Source of the DNA: Macrostomum lignano | Lineage: Eukaryota | Assembly (NCBI GenBank): GCA_002269645.1 | Contig: NIVC01003788.1 | Coordinates: 1-59,852 of the forward strand | Reading direction: 5' to 3' | DNA length: 59,852 bases | Shown: positions 21,610 to 35,140 of the stretch, piece after piece | Layout of the letters: each line of letters opens with the position of its first letter | Position numbering within the stretch: the first letter of the stretch is position 1 | Made by a program: the position numbers and the translations under genes | Notes under the pieces: model-generated | Database searches by the model: none | Told to the model about the DNA's origin: nothing | The model's input: only the letters and a program-made list of their open reading frames with translations

Positions 21610-23444
21610 GAGCGATGAATCTATCAAAATGCCACACTGATGAGGAGCATCAGGTGACTAATTTTCTGTCCAGCTGCGCAAACTGCTGCTCTGTTCGCAT
21701 ATTTTTCTCCTCTAATAATTGGTATTCTTTTTGTTGTGCGTCTTTTTTCTCCGCCTGATACATTTCGTCAATGATTTTCGCATATTTCTACTCTCAGTAG
21801 AGTAGCTTGATTGATAAATTTGTGAATTTTTTCTGCGCTTCAAGGTGAAAAATGTCTGGCAACATTTTTCGGATTCTTTTAAAAGTTTTTTTTCCAGTTC
21901 CGATCCCCGATGCTCCGGGCTGACTCGGCACAGCTGTATTCAACCATGCCTTACCTTATCAATTACTGTAGACCGCTGTAGTGAGTATAACTTTCCGAAT
22001 AATTTATTGTACGTACTCTATAATCCCGCGTGTCCCCCGGACTCTGCGTGATTTTTCACTTGTTCTTCTGCTGATAGTGATAAATATTATTATAGTTTTC
22101 ACTGATAGCCTGGCACCTGCACTTAGACTCCTACAGAAGATGATAAATAAAAGTCCAAATGGCTATGTAGTGTATTTATCGCGCAGAAAATTTTTGTATA
22201 TTTGAAAAAATGACTTACATTATTACTCTAGAATTATTATTTACGCCTTGGGTTGGAAGTTTCCAATCCAGAATTCAAGCGCACCCTGTCGCAGTTTAGA
22301 TCACCGATACTGGAACTACTACCTTAGATAGATGGTTGATAGCCCACTCAGCACATTTGCGTGTAAGCTACTTTCAGTTCAGTAGTAAGTTAAACAGAAG
22401 CATTTCAATGTATTTTCAAAGCCAAGGCTCATTTATTGGCTCTTGCCCCCAACTTCTACCCAAACTCTCCAATCGCGCCTTTCTACTAACCCTCGTCCCG
22501 CCCCAATTTTTATTGGCCTTCTCGGAATTCCAGCCTAAAGCTGCCATGTACATTTCAGTGGACTGGCTAATGTACATTATCGCTGAACCAATTAGCAAGC
22601 TGTTTACGACTGCAAGCTTGGGCTTCTAAACTTATTAAAGTAATTTCAGCTGCCATTATTTCTATATAATAGCTTATGCATTCTTCTTTGCTACTGAACT
22701 GAAAGTAGAAAGCTGTTTTACTAAAGAATGTCTGAGTGCCCATCTATCCGTGGTTTAGATTAGCAAACCGTAAACTGGACTGCGAGGCCAAAGATCTTTT
22801 ATGAGAACAGGACATGAAAATGAAATTGACTTCCAGTTGCAGTTGGAACTTTTATAGTTGCTTACAAGTAGCTAAAAAGTGGCTAAAAAGTAGAACAATG
22901 GCTTGTATTCCACAAACTTTAAACTCTTTAAAACTCAGCTCAGTCAACAATGGAACGAGACTCAAGGCTTCAGTCTGTGCGTGCGACCCGCATAAGGAAT
23001 TAGCGCGCCACGAGTCTGGCTCAACCGATCTCAGGCGTGACCCAATGCATCAACTATTATCATTTATCCACAGGTTGGCCACGCGCTCGAGCAGATCCCA
23101 ATCAGTCCGTGCCCTGTCATCATATTGCACAGGCCGGCTCTCCCCTTCATCGCTGGCAAAATTATTCATTCATTTTACTGTGTGCGACTGTCAGGGCTCA
23201 TGCGGGCCCTGCTCGTATCTGCCGCTTGGCTCGGGTTGCGCAACACCACCCTAATTACTGCCGTAGCCTGCGCATGTCCCGGCCGTGAAAGCAGATTTTA
23301 AAGGGTGTTTAATATAGACGATTTAATTGTTCTCTTGTATGCTTCTGAGCTTTTCTGTGGCCCTTTCTTAAGCTGCCAGCTTAGTAAGAGGTCCGTCTCC
23401 TAATTCTGTTAACTCCCGTCCTGTCACTATCTCTGCTTCCCCCC

Positions 23445-23514
<70 letters not shown>

Positions 23515-24035
23515 TCCCTCTCTTCCTCTCCCTCTCTCTCTCCCTCTTTCTCTCCCTCTCTCCCTCTCTCTGTCTCACTCCTCTCCTTCTCTCTCTCCTT
23601 CTCCCTCTCTCTCTCCCTCTCTCTCTCCCTCTCTCCCTCTCTCCCTCTCACTCCTCTCCTTCTCTCTCTCTCCTTCTCCCTCTCCCTCTCCCTCTCTCCC
23701 TCTCCCTCTCCCTCTCCCTCTCCCTCCCCCTCTCTCTCTCCCTCTTCCTCTCCCTCTCCCTCTATCTCTCCCTCTCCCCCTCTCTCTCTCCCTCTCTCCC
23801 TCTCACTCCTCTCCTTCTCTCTCCTTCTCCCTCTCCCTCTCCCTCTCTCCCTCTCCCTCTCCCTCTCTCCCTCTCCCTCTCCCTCTCCCTCTCCCTCTCT
23901 CCCTCTCTCCCTCTCTCCCTCTCCCTCTCTCCCTCTCTCCCTCTCCCTCTCCCTCTCCCTCCCCCCTCTCTCTCTCCCTCTTCCTCTCCCTCTCCCTCTA
24001 TCTCTCCCTCTCCCCCTCTCTCTCTCCCTCTCTCC
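23445..24035. repeat. CT-rich low-complexity microsatellite
   Basis: Read directly. Confidence 0.95.
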
Positions 24036-24839
24036 CTCTGCGGTTTTCACTGTCGCTATGAGCGTACGCAAGTTGCCGGTCAATTTTGATGCTCCTGGCC
24101 TCTTCTCTTTGCCTTTCACTTCCATTTACAAACACACGGCTGTCCATTTTGGCGTGTGACAGCGCGTGGCTGCCAAAAGTTTTGTCTACGCAGCCATGAT
24201 AAATACTCGCAATTAGCGTCATAAAAGGTAGTCATAAAACTTTATGAAAGTTTTGCTTCCAGCCCGACTGGAGGACATGATAGGAAACTGGCATATTCTA
24301 TGGCTTTTTTGACACCTCCTGAATTATAATTCAAGCTATTCGAACTGGTGAGGCCTCAGGCTCGCTTGACTAATTCCATCGCTCCATTCACAGCTCCTCC
24401 GAGCTTCGAGCTTCCCAGGCCCGCCCGCATCGGTGCTAACCAAGCTGGCGCCTTGAAACTCCAATTCCAATCCATTTTCTTAAGAGTCCCCCTATTTTCA
24501 AGTCCCCGGGCCCTCAAGTCTCCGCGGCCGCCTCTTCAAGGCTCAGACCGAAGCCCGCATCACTCGACGGCACTTGTTAAAAAGCGGGACATTCCTCCCA
24601 AGGCGCCGCTAAGAGACAGCGGACGGTGGGAGAGGGGCCTTGGATACGAGGAAACCTGCGAGGCCCCTGAGTCATCTAAGAGTTGCCCTCCAGCTGTGCT
24701 TGCCAGGGTTCCTACCGCCCCCGTGCCTGGATTAGCCGGTTGCTGTGTGTTTTGAAAAGCCACACTGAAAAATTGTGATACAGAAGGGGTCTAGCTAGCA
24801 TCCTTGATTAGGAGTGCGTCTTTTGGAGACCCTAGCTTC

Positions 24840-25370
24840 AAGGGCGCCAGCACCAAGGGCGCCAGCACCAAGGGGCGCCAGCACCAAGGGGCGCCAGCAC
24901 CAAGGGGCGCCAGCACCAAGGGGCGCCAGCACCAAGGGCGCCAGCACCAAGGGCGCCAGCACCAAGGGGCGCCAGCTCCAAGGGCGCCAGCACCAAAGCG
25001 GCGCCAGCACCAAGGGGCGCCAGCACCAAAGGGGAGCCAGCACCAAAGGGGAGCCAGCACCAAAGGGGCGCCAGCACCAAAGGGGCGCCAGCACCAAAGG
25101 GGAGCCAGCACCAAAGGGGCGCCAGCACCAAAGGGGCGCCAGCACCAAAGGGGAGCCAGCACCAAAGGGGAGCCAGCACCAAAGGGGCGCCAGCACCAAA
25201 GGGGAGCCAGCACCAAAGGGGAGCCAGCACCAAAGGGGAGCCAGCACCAAGGGCGCCAGCACCAAAGGGGCGCCAGCACCAAAGGCCAGCATCAAACCTG
25301 CTGTGAGGTGGCGCCAAACCTGCTGTGAGGGGGCGCCAAACCTGCTGTGAGGTGGCGCCAAACCTCTTGC
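24840..25370. repeat. GGCGCCAGCACCAAGG-type minisatellite (16-19 bp variants)
   Basis: Read directly; explains six overlapping periodic ORFs. Confidence 0.95.
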
Positions 25371-25854
25371 CAACTATAAAAAGTAACTTCTGAAGGTCAA
25401 TGCTGGTGAAAACGGCTTGACAGCTTGTCAAGTTTTCCTCAATTCGCCATTGAGTCCTCAAGTCCAAAGGATTCGACCTTCGGGACACGAACCGTTCACG
25501 GGACGACTTGGCGCAACGTTACAGGAATTTCTATTCAATTTTCGATTCAGCTTCAAAATACAGTAGAGAGGTAGGTATTTTTTATAGCTCGTAGTTTCGA
25601 CACTCCATTTTACGCTGTTTTTGAGCCAGGCATTGCGTCAAATGGAATTCCCTTGATAGCCTAAATTGGATGCCCTGGCAACCAGCAAGCCATCAGATAA
25701 AAAAGAAGGGCTGCTCTCGGGTCAACAGCGTTCAGTCCAATATTTATTCGAATAGCTGGCGCCCTTATGGCAAACACTAGAAGCCGCTTAGACACGAGAT
25801 AGCATCGTCATTTGAAGTCAGTATTGCGCCATTACCCAATGATTTATGGCCTAA

Positions 25855-26285
25855 ATGAATGGAGAGCTTGAATGAGATTTGATGGAGTTTGAATGAGATT
25901 TGATGGAGTTTGAATGAGATTTGATGGAGCTTGAATGAGATTTGATGGAGCTTGAATGAGATTTGATGGAGCTTGAATGAGATTTGATAGCGCTTAAATG
26001 AGATTTGATGGAGCTTGAATGAGATTTGATAGCGCTTAAATGAGATTTGATGGAGCTTGAATGAGATTTGATGGAGTTTGAATGAGATTTGATGGAGCTT
26101 GAATGAGATTTGATAAAGCTTGAATGAGATTTGATAGCGCTTAAATGAGATTTGATAGAGCTTGAATGAGATTTGATGGAGTTTGAATGAGATTTGATAA
26201 AGCTTGAATGAGATTTGATAGCGCTTAAATGAGATTTGATAGAGCTTGAATGAGATTTGATGGAGTTTGAATGAGATTTGATGCT
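25855..26285. repeat. 21-bp minisatellite with the same unit as 19925-20340
   Basis: ATGAGATTTGATGGAGCTTGA variants. Confidence 0.95.
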
Positions 26286-26570
26286 ATCTTCAGGACGCTG
26301 TCTGGTTTATGCTCAGTGATGCCCTCTGTGCCTTGAGAGTGACAGGTCTCAGGGCAGGGGGTGACATATCGTGGTGAGATCTGGGCACGTGCCCCCTCGA
26401 TTCCACAGTCCCACAACCCTTCCCAGCCAATGGGAGAGCAGGGGGGCAGCCCACCCCACCACCTCAACCCGAGCCAGACAATAAGAAGGCTAACATTGGT
26501 GGCCTGCCAGACAGACCCCAGAGCTGTCCAGTCTTTACCCACCAACCAGGCACAGCTGCATCCCACAGCC

Positions 26571-29500
26571 ATGACCGAGTACTGCATCAGCCGGCTGCTC
26601 AGCTCCCGCCAGCCCGCCTCAAGCGACTCAGCCAGGCAGCCGGCAGCCAAGCGGGCGCGACTGTCTCCCCAGCAACAGCCGGCTGGCCTCCCGGAGCCCC
26701 TGCTGTTGCGCGGCCTCGGCGACTCGTTGAAGCGTCAGCTGAGCAGCGACTTCAGCCAGATGATTGACAGCTTGGTGGCGAAACTGAGGGCCAGCGCCCA
26801 GCAGCAGCTGGAGAGGCTGATGCAGCACCAGCAGCAGCAGCATTTGGTTCCTGCTCTGCCGCTTCCATTCTTTCACCATCCTCAATTTGCCTGGCCCCTG
26901 ATGCCGCTGCATCCGGCAACCGCGACGTTTCCCGCAGCTTCCGGCGGGGCCAAGGCGGCGGCTGATGAAGCATCGGAGTCGACCGCTCCCAGCTGCACCG
27001 GCGTGGAGAACTGGACCGGGCGGCGTAGAGCAAAGGTGGGCGGGTTGCTTTTGGAGAGGGTGGATTGCTTTTGGAGAGGGTGGATTGCTTTTGGAGAGGG
27101 CAGATTGCTTTTGGAGAGGGCAGATTGCTTTTGGAGAGGGCGGATTGCTTTTGGAGAGGGCAGATTGCTTTTGGAGAGGGCGGATTGCTTTTGGAGAGGG
27201 CGGATTGCTTTTGGAGAGGGCGGATTGCTTTTGGAGAGGGCGGATTGCTTTTGGAGAGGGCGGATTGCTTTTGGAGAGGGCGGATTGCTTTTGGAGAGGG
27301 CGGATTGCTTTTGGAGAGGGCGGATTGCTTTTGGAGAGGGCGGATTGCTCTTGGAGAGGGCGGATTGCTTTTGGAGAGGGCGGATTGCTCTTGGAGAGGG
27401 CGGATTGGTCTTGGAGAGGGCGGATTGCTCTTGGAGAGGGCGGATTGCTTTTGGAGAGGGCGGATTCGTCAACAGAGAGGGGCGGATTCTCATTGGAGAG
27501 GAGCGGATTTCTCAATGGAGAGGGGCGGATTTATCAACAGGGGATTCCCCAACAGAAGGGGGGGCGGATTCCTCAGAAGGAGGGGTGGATTTCCCAGCAG
27601 CAGGAGAGGCGAATTCCCCAGCAGGAGGGGCGGATTTCCCAGCAGCAGGGGCGGATTCATCAGGAGGGGCGGATTTCCCAGCAGGAGGGGCGGATTCCCA
27701 AGCAGGAGGGGCGGATTCCCCAGAAGGAGGGGCGGATTCCCTTAACAGTACCAAATCATCTCAATACAAACCGGAAACAACAATGCCGCAGGTCGGGGCA
27801 CTGGTCGAGGCCGACACTGGTCGAGGCCGCCGGCCCCTCCAACCAGAGGCGAACCCCGCGCCGGTCGGGGCGGATGGCCAGGGCGGATGCCCGGATGGCG
27901 GCAGCAGGGCCTCCACGCCATGTCAGCTTGCGGTGAGTCAGAGATGGTGAGGCGGTCGGTAATTGCTGGGCAAACAAGGGAACCGTTTGCCTTCCAGTTT
28001 GGGATTTTTTATTTATGATTTATGATTAGTGAATTACTTCTGTAAAGCAAATAAATGGCTTCCCACAGATTCCTTGCACTCTTCCAGCACCCACTCTGAT
28101 CTCCCAGCATCCCGCATTCACCCCAACCCAATTTGCCCTTCGCCTTCGCAGTGCGGCCGCGGAGACCCGGCCGGCCACCCGCTGTCCGCCGGCCACCTGC
28201 GCAAAGCCAAGCTGATCTTCTTCTACAGCCGCTACCCCAGCTCAGCCACACTGAAGTCCTGCTTCCCGGACGTTCGGTTTGACAAGAACAACACCGCCCA
28301 GGTGGTGAAGTGGTTCTCGAACTTTCGGTGAGTCAAGGGACATTGTCTATGACTGACTGACTGACTGACTGACTTGAGTGACTGGGTGACTGACTGACTG
28401 ACTGACTGACTGACTGACTGACTGACTGACTGACTGACTGACTTGAGTGACTGGGTGACTGACTGACTGACTGACTGACTGACTGACTGACTGACTGACT
28501 GACTGACTGACTGACTGACTGACTGACTGACTGACTGACTGACTGACTGACTGACTGACTGACTGACTGACTGACTGACTGACTGACTGACTGACTGACT
28601 GACTGACTGACTTGAGTGAGTGGGTGACTGACTGACTGACTGACTGACTGACTGACTGACTGACTGACTGACTGACTGACTGACTGACTGACTGACTGAC
28701 TGACTGACTGACTGACTGACTGACTTGAGTGAGTGGGTGACTGACTGACTGACTGACTGACTGACTGACTGACTGACTGACTGACTGACTGACTGACTGA
28801 CTGACTGACTGACTGACTGACTGACTGACTGACTGACTGACTGACTGACTGACTGACTGACTGACTGACTGACTGACTGACTGACTGACTGACTGACTGA
28901 CTGACTGACTGACTGACTGACTGACTGACTGACTGACTGACTGACTGACTGACTGACTGACTGACTGACTGACTGACTGACTGACTGACTGACTGACTTG
29001 AAATCTCGCTTGAATTTGCTCAGGAGTGAGCGGATTGGGCAGAGTTGCCTCACCCCTGCAATTATTATTATTAGTAATTAATTAACTAACTAAATCATAT
29101 GCATATAAGGTTCAATGAAATTCTGAACTGCAATAATTTAGGGCCAATAAATTTCGATGCTTATTGCCGCTGGTGTCTGCAATATCCGGGTTATTGCAAT
29201 TTTCCACTCATTTTTTCATTCAGCGAGTTTTTCTACATCCAAGTGGAGAAGCTCGCCCGGGAGCGCCTGGCCACCGGCGAGGGCCTTCAGGTGAGCAGCG
29301 GCGATGAACTCATGCTGGCTCTGTGCGCCCACTTCAACAAGTCTGACCGACTGCAGGTGAGAGCAATCAGGTTACTGGGGTATTAAATACCTGTTAGCAT
29401 GGGTCACTGCATGCGATGTTCTCTATAGGTGTCCTTCACTCTCACTCTCTGTTCACAATCATCTGTAGCGATCATTCACAGTCCTCTCACACTCACTGTT

Positions 29501-30159
29501 CACAATCATCTGTAGGGATCATTCACAGTCCTCTCTCACTCACTGTTCACAATCATCTGTAGGGATCATTCACAGTCCTCTCACACTCACTGTTCACAAT
29601 CATCTGTAGGGATCATTCACACCCTCTCTCACTCACTGTTCACAATCATCTGTAGGGATCATTCACAGTCTCTCTCACTCACTGTTCACAATCATCTGTA
29701 GGGATCATTCACACCCTCTCACACTCACTGTTCACAGTCATCTGTAGAGATCATTCACACCCTCTCTCACTCACTGTTCACAGTCATCTGTAAGGATCAT
29801 TCACACCCTCTCTCACTCACTGTTCACAATCATCTGTAGGGATCATTCACAGTCTCTCTCACTCACTGTTCACAGTCATCTGTAGGGATCATTCACACCC
29901 TCTCACACTCACTGTTCACAATCATCTGTAGGGATCATTCACACCCTTTCACACCATCTATCTTCCCTCACAGGTTCCATCCCACTTTCTGGCCGTCGTG
30001 CAAGCAGCTCTGATGGAGTTTTACCAAGCTCTGTCGGTCAGCCGAGATCAGCAGCCGGCCTGGAAGAAGCCCATCTATAGAGCCATCGCCCGTCTGGACC
30101 AGCCCGTTCCTGATTGGCTGAGACGAGCCGACTGCTCTAGCCCGTTCCTGATTGGCTGA
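26571..30159 (+). CDS. pros: Prospero/Prox-like homeodomain plus Prospero domain transcription factor, ~366 aa, 5 exons
   Basis: Exons 26571-27035, 27792-27932, 28152-28327, 29224-29356, 29974-30159. [54 protein letters not shown] ... [17 protein letters not shown] is the Homeo-Prospero signature. The start codon and the first two exons are less certain; it may be a divergent paralog. Confidence 0.88.
27045..27740. repeat. 20-bp minisatellite (CGGATTGCTTTTGGAGAGGG) grading into a degenerate array, prospero intron 1
   Basis: Read directly. Confidence 0.93.
28350..28998. repeat. (CTGA)n microsatellite, prospero intron 3
   Basis: Read directly. Confidence 0.97.
29430..29955. repeat. ~47-bp minisatellite, prospero intron 4
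   Basis: ATTCAC anchors at 29521 and 29568. Confidence 0.92.
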
Positions 30160-30467
30160 GACAAACCGACTGCTCTAGCCCGTTCCTGATTGGCTGAGAC
30201 GCGATAGATATTATAATCTTCATTTTTCGCATCATTTTATTTATTTCATTTTAATTCTGCAAAATAAAAATTCCAATTGACTACTGACTTTCCAAAAGTA
30301 GTATGTTTTGTGTGATTGAACAGGTGACAGGCGCACCAGTGCATTCCCTTGAGACATCTTTAGTGTTTTTTTTTAATAAAAGAAAAAACTGCATGCAGGT
30401 TATTGCAACTTTGCTCCCTCCGAGCTCTGGCCTTGTGGTGCCTCTACATGTAGCTTTTGATTTGTGG

Positions 30468-30970
30468 CGCCCCTACTTGTTGATTTGTGGCGCTCCTAGC
30501 TGTTGATTTGTGGCGCGCCTAGCTGTTGATTTGTGGCGCCCCTAGTTCTTGATTCGTGGGCCATTAGTTCTTGATTCGTGAGCCATTAGTTCTTGATTTG
30601 TGGCGCCCTTAGTTCTTGATTTGTGGCGCCCTTAGTTCTTGATTTGTGGGCCCTTAGTTCTTGATTTGTGGCGCCCTTAGTTCTTGATTTGTGGGCCCTT
30701 AGTTCTTGATTTGTGGCGCCCTTAGTTCTTGATTCGTGGCGCCCTTAGTTCTTGATTCGTGGCGCCCTTAGTTCTTGATTCGTGGCGCCCTTAGTTCTTG
30801 ATTCGTGGCGCCCTTAGTTCTTGATTCGTGAGCCCTTAGTTCTTGATTCGTGGCGCCCTTAGTTCTTGGTTCGTGAGCCCTTAGTTCTTGATTTGTGGCG
30901 CCCTTAGTTCTTGATTCGTGGGCCCTTAGTTCTTGATTTGTGGCGCCCTTAGTTCTTGATTCGTGGCTCC
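30468..30970. repeat. 23-bp minisatellite (GTGGCGCCCTTAGTTCTTGATTC)
   Basis: Period 23; bracketed by CTACATGTAGC on both sides. Confidence 0.93.
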
Positions 30971-31129
30971 CCTACATGTAGCACTCTGGAATGAAAGTCT
31001 GCAAGCATAAATGCGCATACTCAGCAACAGTCAAAAGTTCCACCCTTCAAGCGAGATGAGTTTTTTTTCACTTATTGCGAGTGACGCAACTTACGGCACG
31101 CGCAAAGCTTATTCCACTTGGGGGCGGCT

Positions 31130-31400
31130 TGGGTCTGCTTAATGGTCCAAGATGACAACGCGCCGCCACACCAAGCCGATGCTGTGAGTCAACTGAAAGA
31201 GCAGCTACAGCTGCGCACTCTGCGCTGGCCTTCCAGGTCCCCCAGACATGAATCCCATCGAGCATGTCTGGGACTTCCTAAAACGCAGCATTCGAAAAGA
31301 AAATCCACCACAGAATGCAATGTATTTATATTCAGCAACATTGAAAAGTCGCCCACCGGCGTAGCTAATTTGCGTCACTCGCAAAGATTGAGAGACTTCA
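31130..31400 (+). mobile_element. Tc1/mariner DDE transposase relic
   Basis: QDDNAPPH...LRWPSRSP, then after a frameshift PDMNPIEHVWDFLKR. These are the Tc1 DNAPxH and WPxxSPDLNPIExxW motifs. Confidence 0.85.
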
Positions 31401-31471
31401 CCTGCACTCTCAAAAGTGGCGACCACAGACGGAATCTTCTGTGATGGCGACTTTCGATGTTGCTGAGTATG

Positions 31472-32318
31472 CATCTACGCTTACATACATATACGCTTAC
31501 ATACACATACGCTTACATACACATACGCTTACATACACATACGCTTACATACATATACGCTTACATACACATACGCTTACATACACATACGCTTACATAC
31601 ACATACGCTTACATACATATACGCTTACATACACATACGCTTACATACACATACGCTTACATACATATACGCTTACATACACATACGCTTACATACACAT
31701 ACGCTTACATACATATACGCTTACATACACATACGCTTACATACACATACGCTTACATACACATACGCTTACATACATATACGCTTACATACACATACGC
31801 TTACATACACATACGCTTACATACACATACGCTTACATACACATACGCTTACATACACATACGCTTACATACACATACGCTTACATACACATACGCTTGC
31901 ATACACATACGCTTACATACACATACGCTTACATACGGTACACATACGCTTGCATACACATATTCTTACATACACATACGCTTACATACACATACGCTTG
32001 CATACACATACGCTTACATACACATACGCTTACATACGGTACACATACGCTTGCATACACATATTCTTACATACACATACGCTTACATACACATACGCTT
32101 GCATACACATATGCTTACATACACATACGCTTACATACACATACGCTTGCATACACATATGCTTACATACACATACGCTTACATACACATACGCTTGCAT
32201 ACACATATGCTTACATACACATACGCTTACATACACATACGCTTGCATACACATATGCTTACATACACATATGCTTACATACACATACGCTTACATACAC
32301 ATACGCTTGCATACACAC
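31472..32318. repeat. 16-bp minisatellite (TACACATACGCTTACA)
   Basis: Read directly. Confidence 0.96.
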
Positions 32319-32969
32319 ACGCCCGTTCAGACGGAGTCGAGTTCAGACGCGCAACTGCAATTCAAAATTCACACACGCATCTATTTCAGCTTGTCAAAAC
32401 TGATTGAATGAAAATTCTGACAACCCTTTGCCTGTAATTGGCGCAGTAATTTTGAGTACAGCATAACGTCATTGTGGAGTTGGGGGCAGAAGGTGTGCAC
32501 TGTGCACTTCGTGCACACTGACTCAGGGGTCAGCACCAGACTGGCCTTCCAGCACAATGGACAATTGCAAGGGCAGCTGTGTGCTTACTATTTGTTCGAA
32601 CTCCACTATAGCGCACGACGCATTGTTGCTGTGGGACCGCGCGACAGCCAATGGAAGGAAATGCAGTTGGCGAAACTGCCTGCCGAGCTGAGCCACACGG
32701 GGCAGAGAGAGAGAGGCAGAAGGTGGGAGAGGGCGGCATTTTTACTAAGATTGCCCGACTGCGAGCTTGCGCAGCGTATAGTGATTCTAATACTGGTACA
32801 TGCATGCATACCCTGTGTAAAACAGCATAGTGAGGCATTGGTCCTGATTTGGTAGCCAGGGCGGATGTCTGCTATCTCAATACATTCGATCGGTCCGCTC
32901 GGCACTGCTGGCGGACATTCAGTTCTCATTCAGCTTCTGGCCTTGCCAATGGTGAGGAAATTTGGATTT

Positions 32970-33445
32970 ATCTATCCTGTTCTATCCTTTTCTATCCTGT
33001 TCTATCCTGTTCTATCCTGTCCTATCCTGTTATATCCTGTTCTATCCTGTTCTATCCTGTTATATCCTGTTCTATCCTGTTCTATCCTGTTCTATCCTGT
33101 TCTATCCTGTTCTATCCTGCTCTATCCTGTTCTATCCTGTTCTATCCTGTCCTATCCTGTTATATCCTGTTCTATCCTGTTCTATCCTGTTATATCCTGT
33201 TCTATCCTGTTCTATCCTGTTCTATCCTGTTCTATCCTGTTCTATCCTGCTCTATCCTGTTCTATCCTGTTCTATCCTGTTCTATCCTGTTCTATCCTGT
33301 TCTATCCTGTTCTATCCTGTTCTATCCTGCTCTATCCTACTATCCTATCCAATCCAATCCTTTCCTATCCTATCCTGTCCTATCCTATCCTATCCTATCC
33401 TATCCTATTTTACCCTATTCTATCCTATCCTATCCTGTCCTATCC
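32970..33445. repeat. (TCTATCCTGT)n / (CTATC)n microsatellite
   Basis: Read directly. Confidence 0.96.
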
Positions 33446-34073
33446 ATCCTACACACGTAAGCCTAAGTACACATCGCATGACGTTCCGTTCCAAAATTCA
33501 CGCCAATCCTGCATGCGCAATGGCCGCACACAGAATTGCCAACCGAAAAGCAAACAAAAAGGTTTTTAAACAGCTCGGAAATTCTTGAGCTTACCTAAAG
33601 AAGAGCTCCGAAAGCAGACTGGGTGACTGCAGAGCACTAACTAGCATTGGACAATGGAGAGGTGTTCAGCTTCCCGAGCACGCATTGCCTGTACTCAGGC
33701 TGCACGTACAGCCTCTGCAGGCATTGGACACATCCGCAGAATTGGGAGCTGAGAGCCTCCTGCTGGCAGCAAAGCTCTCCTCTCTCTTCTCCCAGTCTGT
33801 CTGCTTTCAGAGGAAAAAGCAGATATCGCGGCAGATTTGAATGGCGGGAGTGCGGGAGACTAGGTGAGGTGGAGGGAACTGCCTGCATTGTTGTTGCTGC
33901 CCAGCCCCACGCCATACTGGGGATCAATTGTGTTTCTGCCCACCTTAAGCTTACTAATAATGAATGCCTGTCAGCAAGCACTACTGCCCCGAGTTGAGAG
34001 AGACAGCAGGCCCGCGCGACTCGGCAGTTAAATTCTGCTTATCTCAGCTACCCTAGCAATCAGCATGTAAGTG

Positions 34074-34124
<51 letters not shown>

Positions 34125-34454
34125 GCCAGCTAGCACATGCTCTCGATAGAGTCCGAGTGAAATTACGAGCGTTATTTAGCGCACACCGCAACTGCTGTGC
34201 CAATATTGCCACGGTGCCTCAATTCAAGGTAGAGAGACTCCCCTGGGTGATTGTTGCATGCACTTTATGCTATCATTTCGCTGCCAGCATTGTCTATGGC
34301 AATTCTCCCCTGCATCTTTGTATTTTTCGTAATAAAGAGTAGCAGAGCTATTGAGCAAAATTGAGAATATGAAGCACGCCGCATGCACAAAGCTGGCAAT
34401 GTTGCGCAAGTGAATAAGGGACTTCCTTTACCGAAGGCACAGCAGGTAAGATTG

Positions 34455-35140
34455 AGGTAAGAGATTCTCAAGGTCAATAGATTCCCCTGAGTGAGATTCG
34501 TGAGATTCTCTAGGTTGATAGATTCCCCTGAGTGAGATTCTCAAGGTGAAGGGATTTCCCTGGGTGATATTCTCAAGGTCAATAGATTCCCCTGAGTGAG
34601 ATTCTCAAGGTGAAGGATTTTCCTGGGTGAGATTCTCAAGGTGAAGGGATTTACCTAGGTGAGATTCCCAAGGTAAAGAGATTGATCCCCTGGGTGAGAT
34701 TCTCCAGGTCGATAGATTCCCCTAGGTGAGATTCTCAAGGTGAAGAGATTCCTCTGGGTGAGATTCTCCAGGTTGATAGATTCCCCTAGGTGAGATTCTT
34801 AAGGTCGATAGATTCCCCTGAGTGAGATTCTCAAGGTGAAGAGATTCCCCTGGGTGAGATTCTCCAGTTCGATAGATTCCCCTAGGTGAGATTCCCAAGA
34901 TGAAGAGGTTCCCCTGGGTGAGATTCTCAAGGTGAAGAGATTCCCCTGGGTGAGATTCTCCAGTTCGATAGATTCCCCTAGGTGAGCTTCTCAAGTGAAG
35001 GGATTCCCCTGGGTGAGATTCTAAACTAGAGAGATTTCCCTTGATGAGATTCTTAGAAATGATACTTTGGCTTTGTATTCTCATGAGATTCTTAAGAAAG
35101 ATTCCTTTGGATTCGACTCTTAGGAGGGGAAATTCTCCCA
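34455..35140. repeat. Degenerate ~21/42-bp minisatellite (GATTCCCCTGGGTGAGATTCTCAAGGTGAAGA)
   Basis: Read directly. Confidence 0.9.

Noticed and set aside
22814-24763. ORFs 22814-23254 and 24348-24755 as genes
   Set aside because: No domain motifs, codon bias or convincing splice structure.
32472-34000. ORFs at 32472-32929 and 33637-33997 as retroelement fragments
   Set aside because: No reverse transcriptase, endonuclease or integrase motifs recognised in the frames examined.
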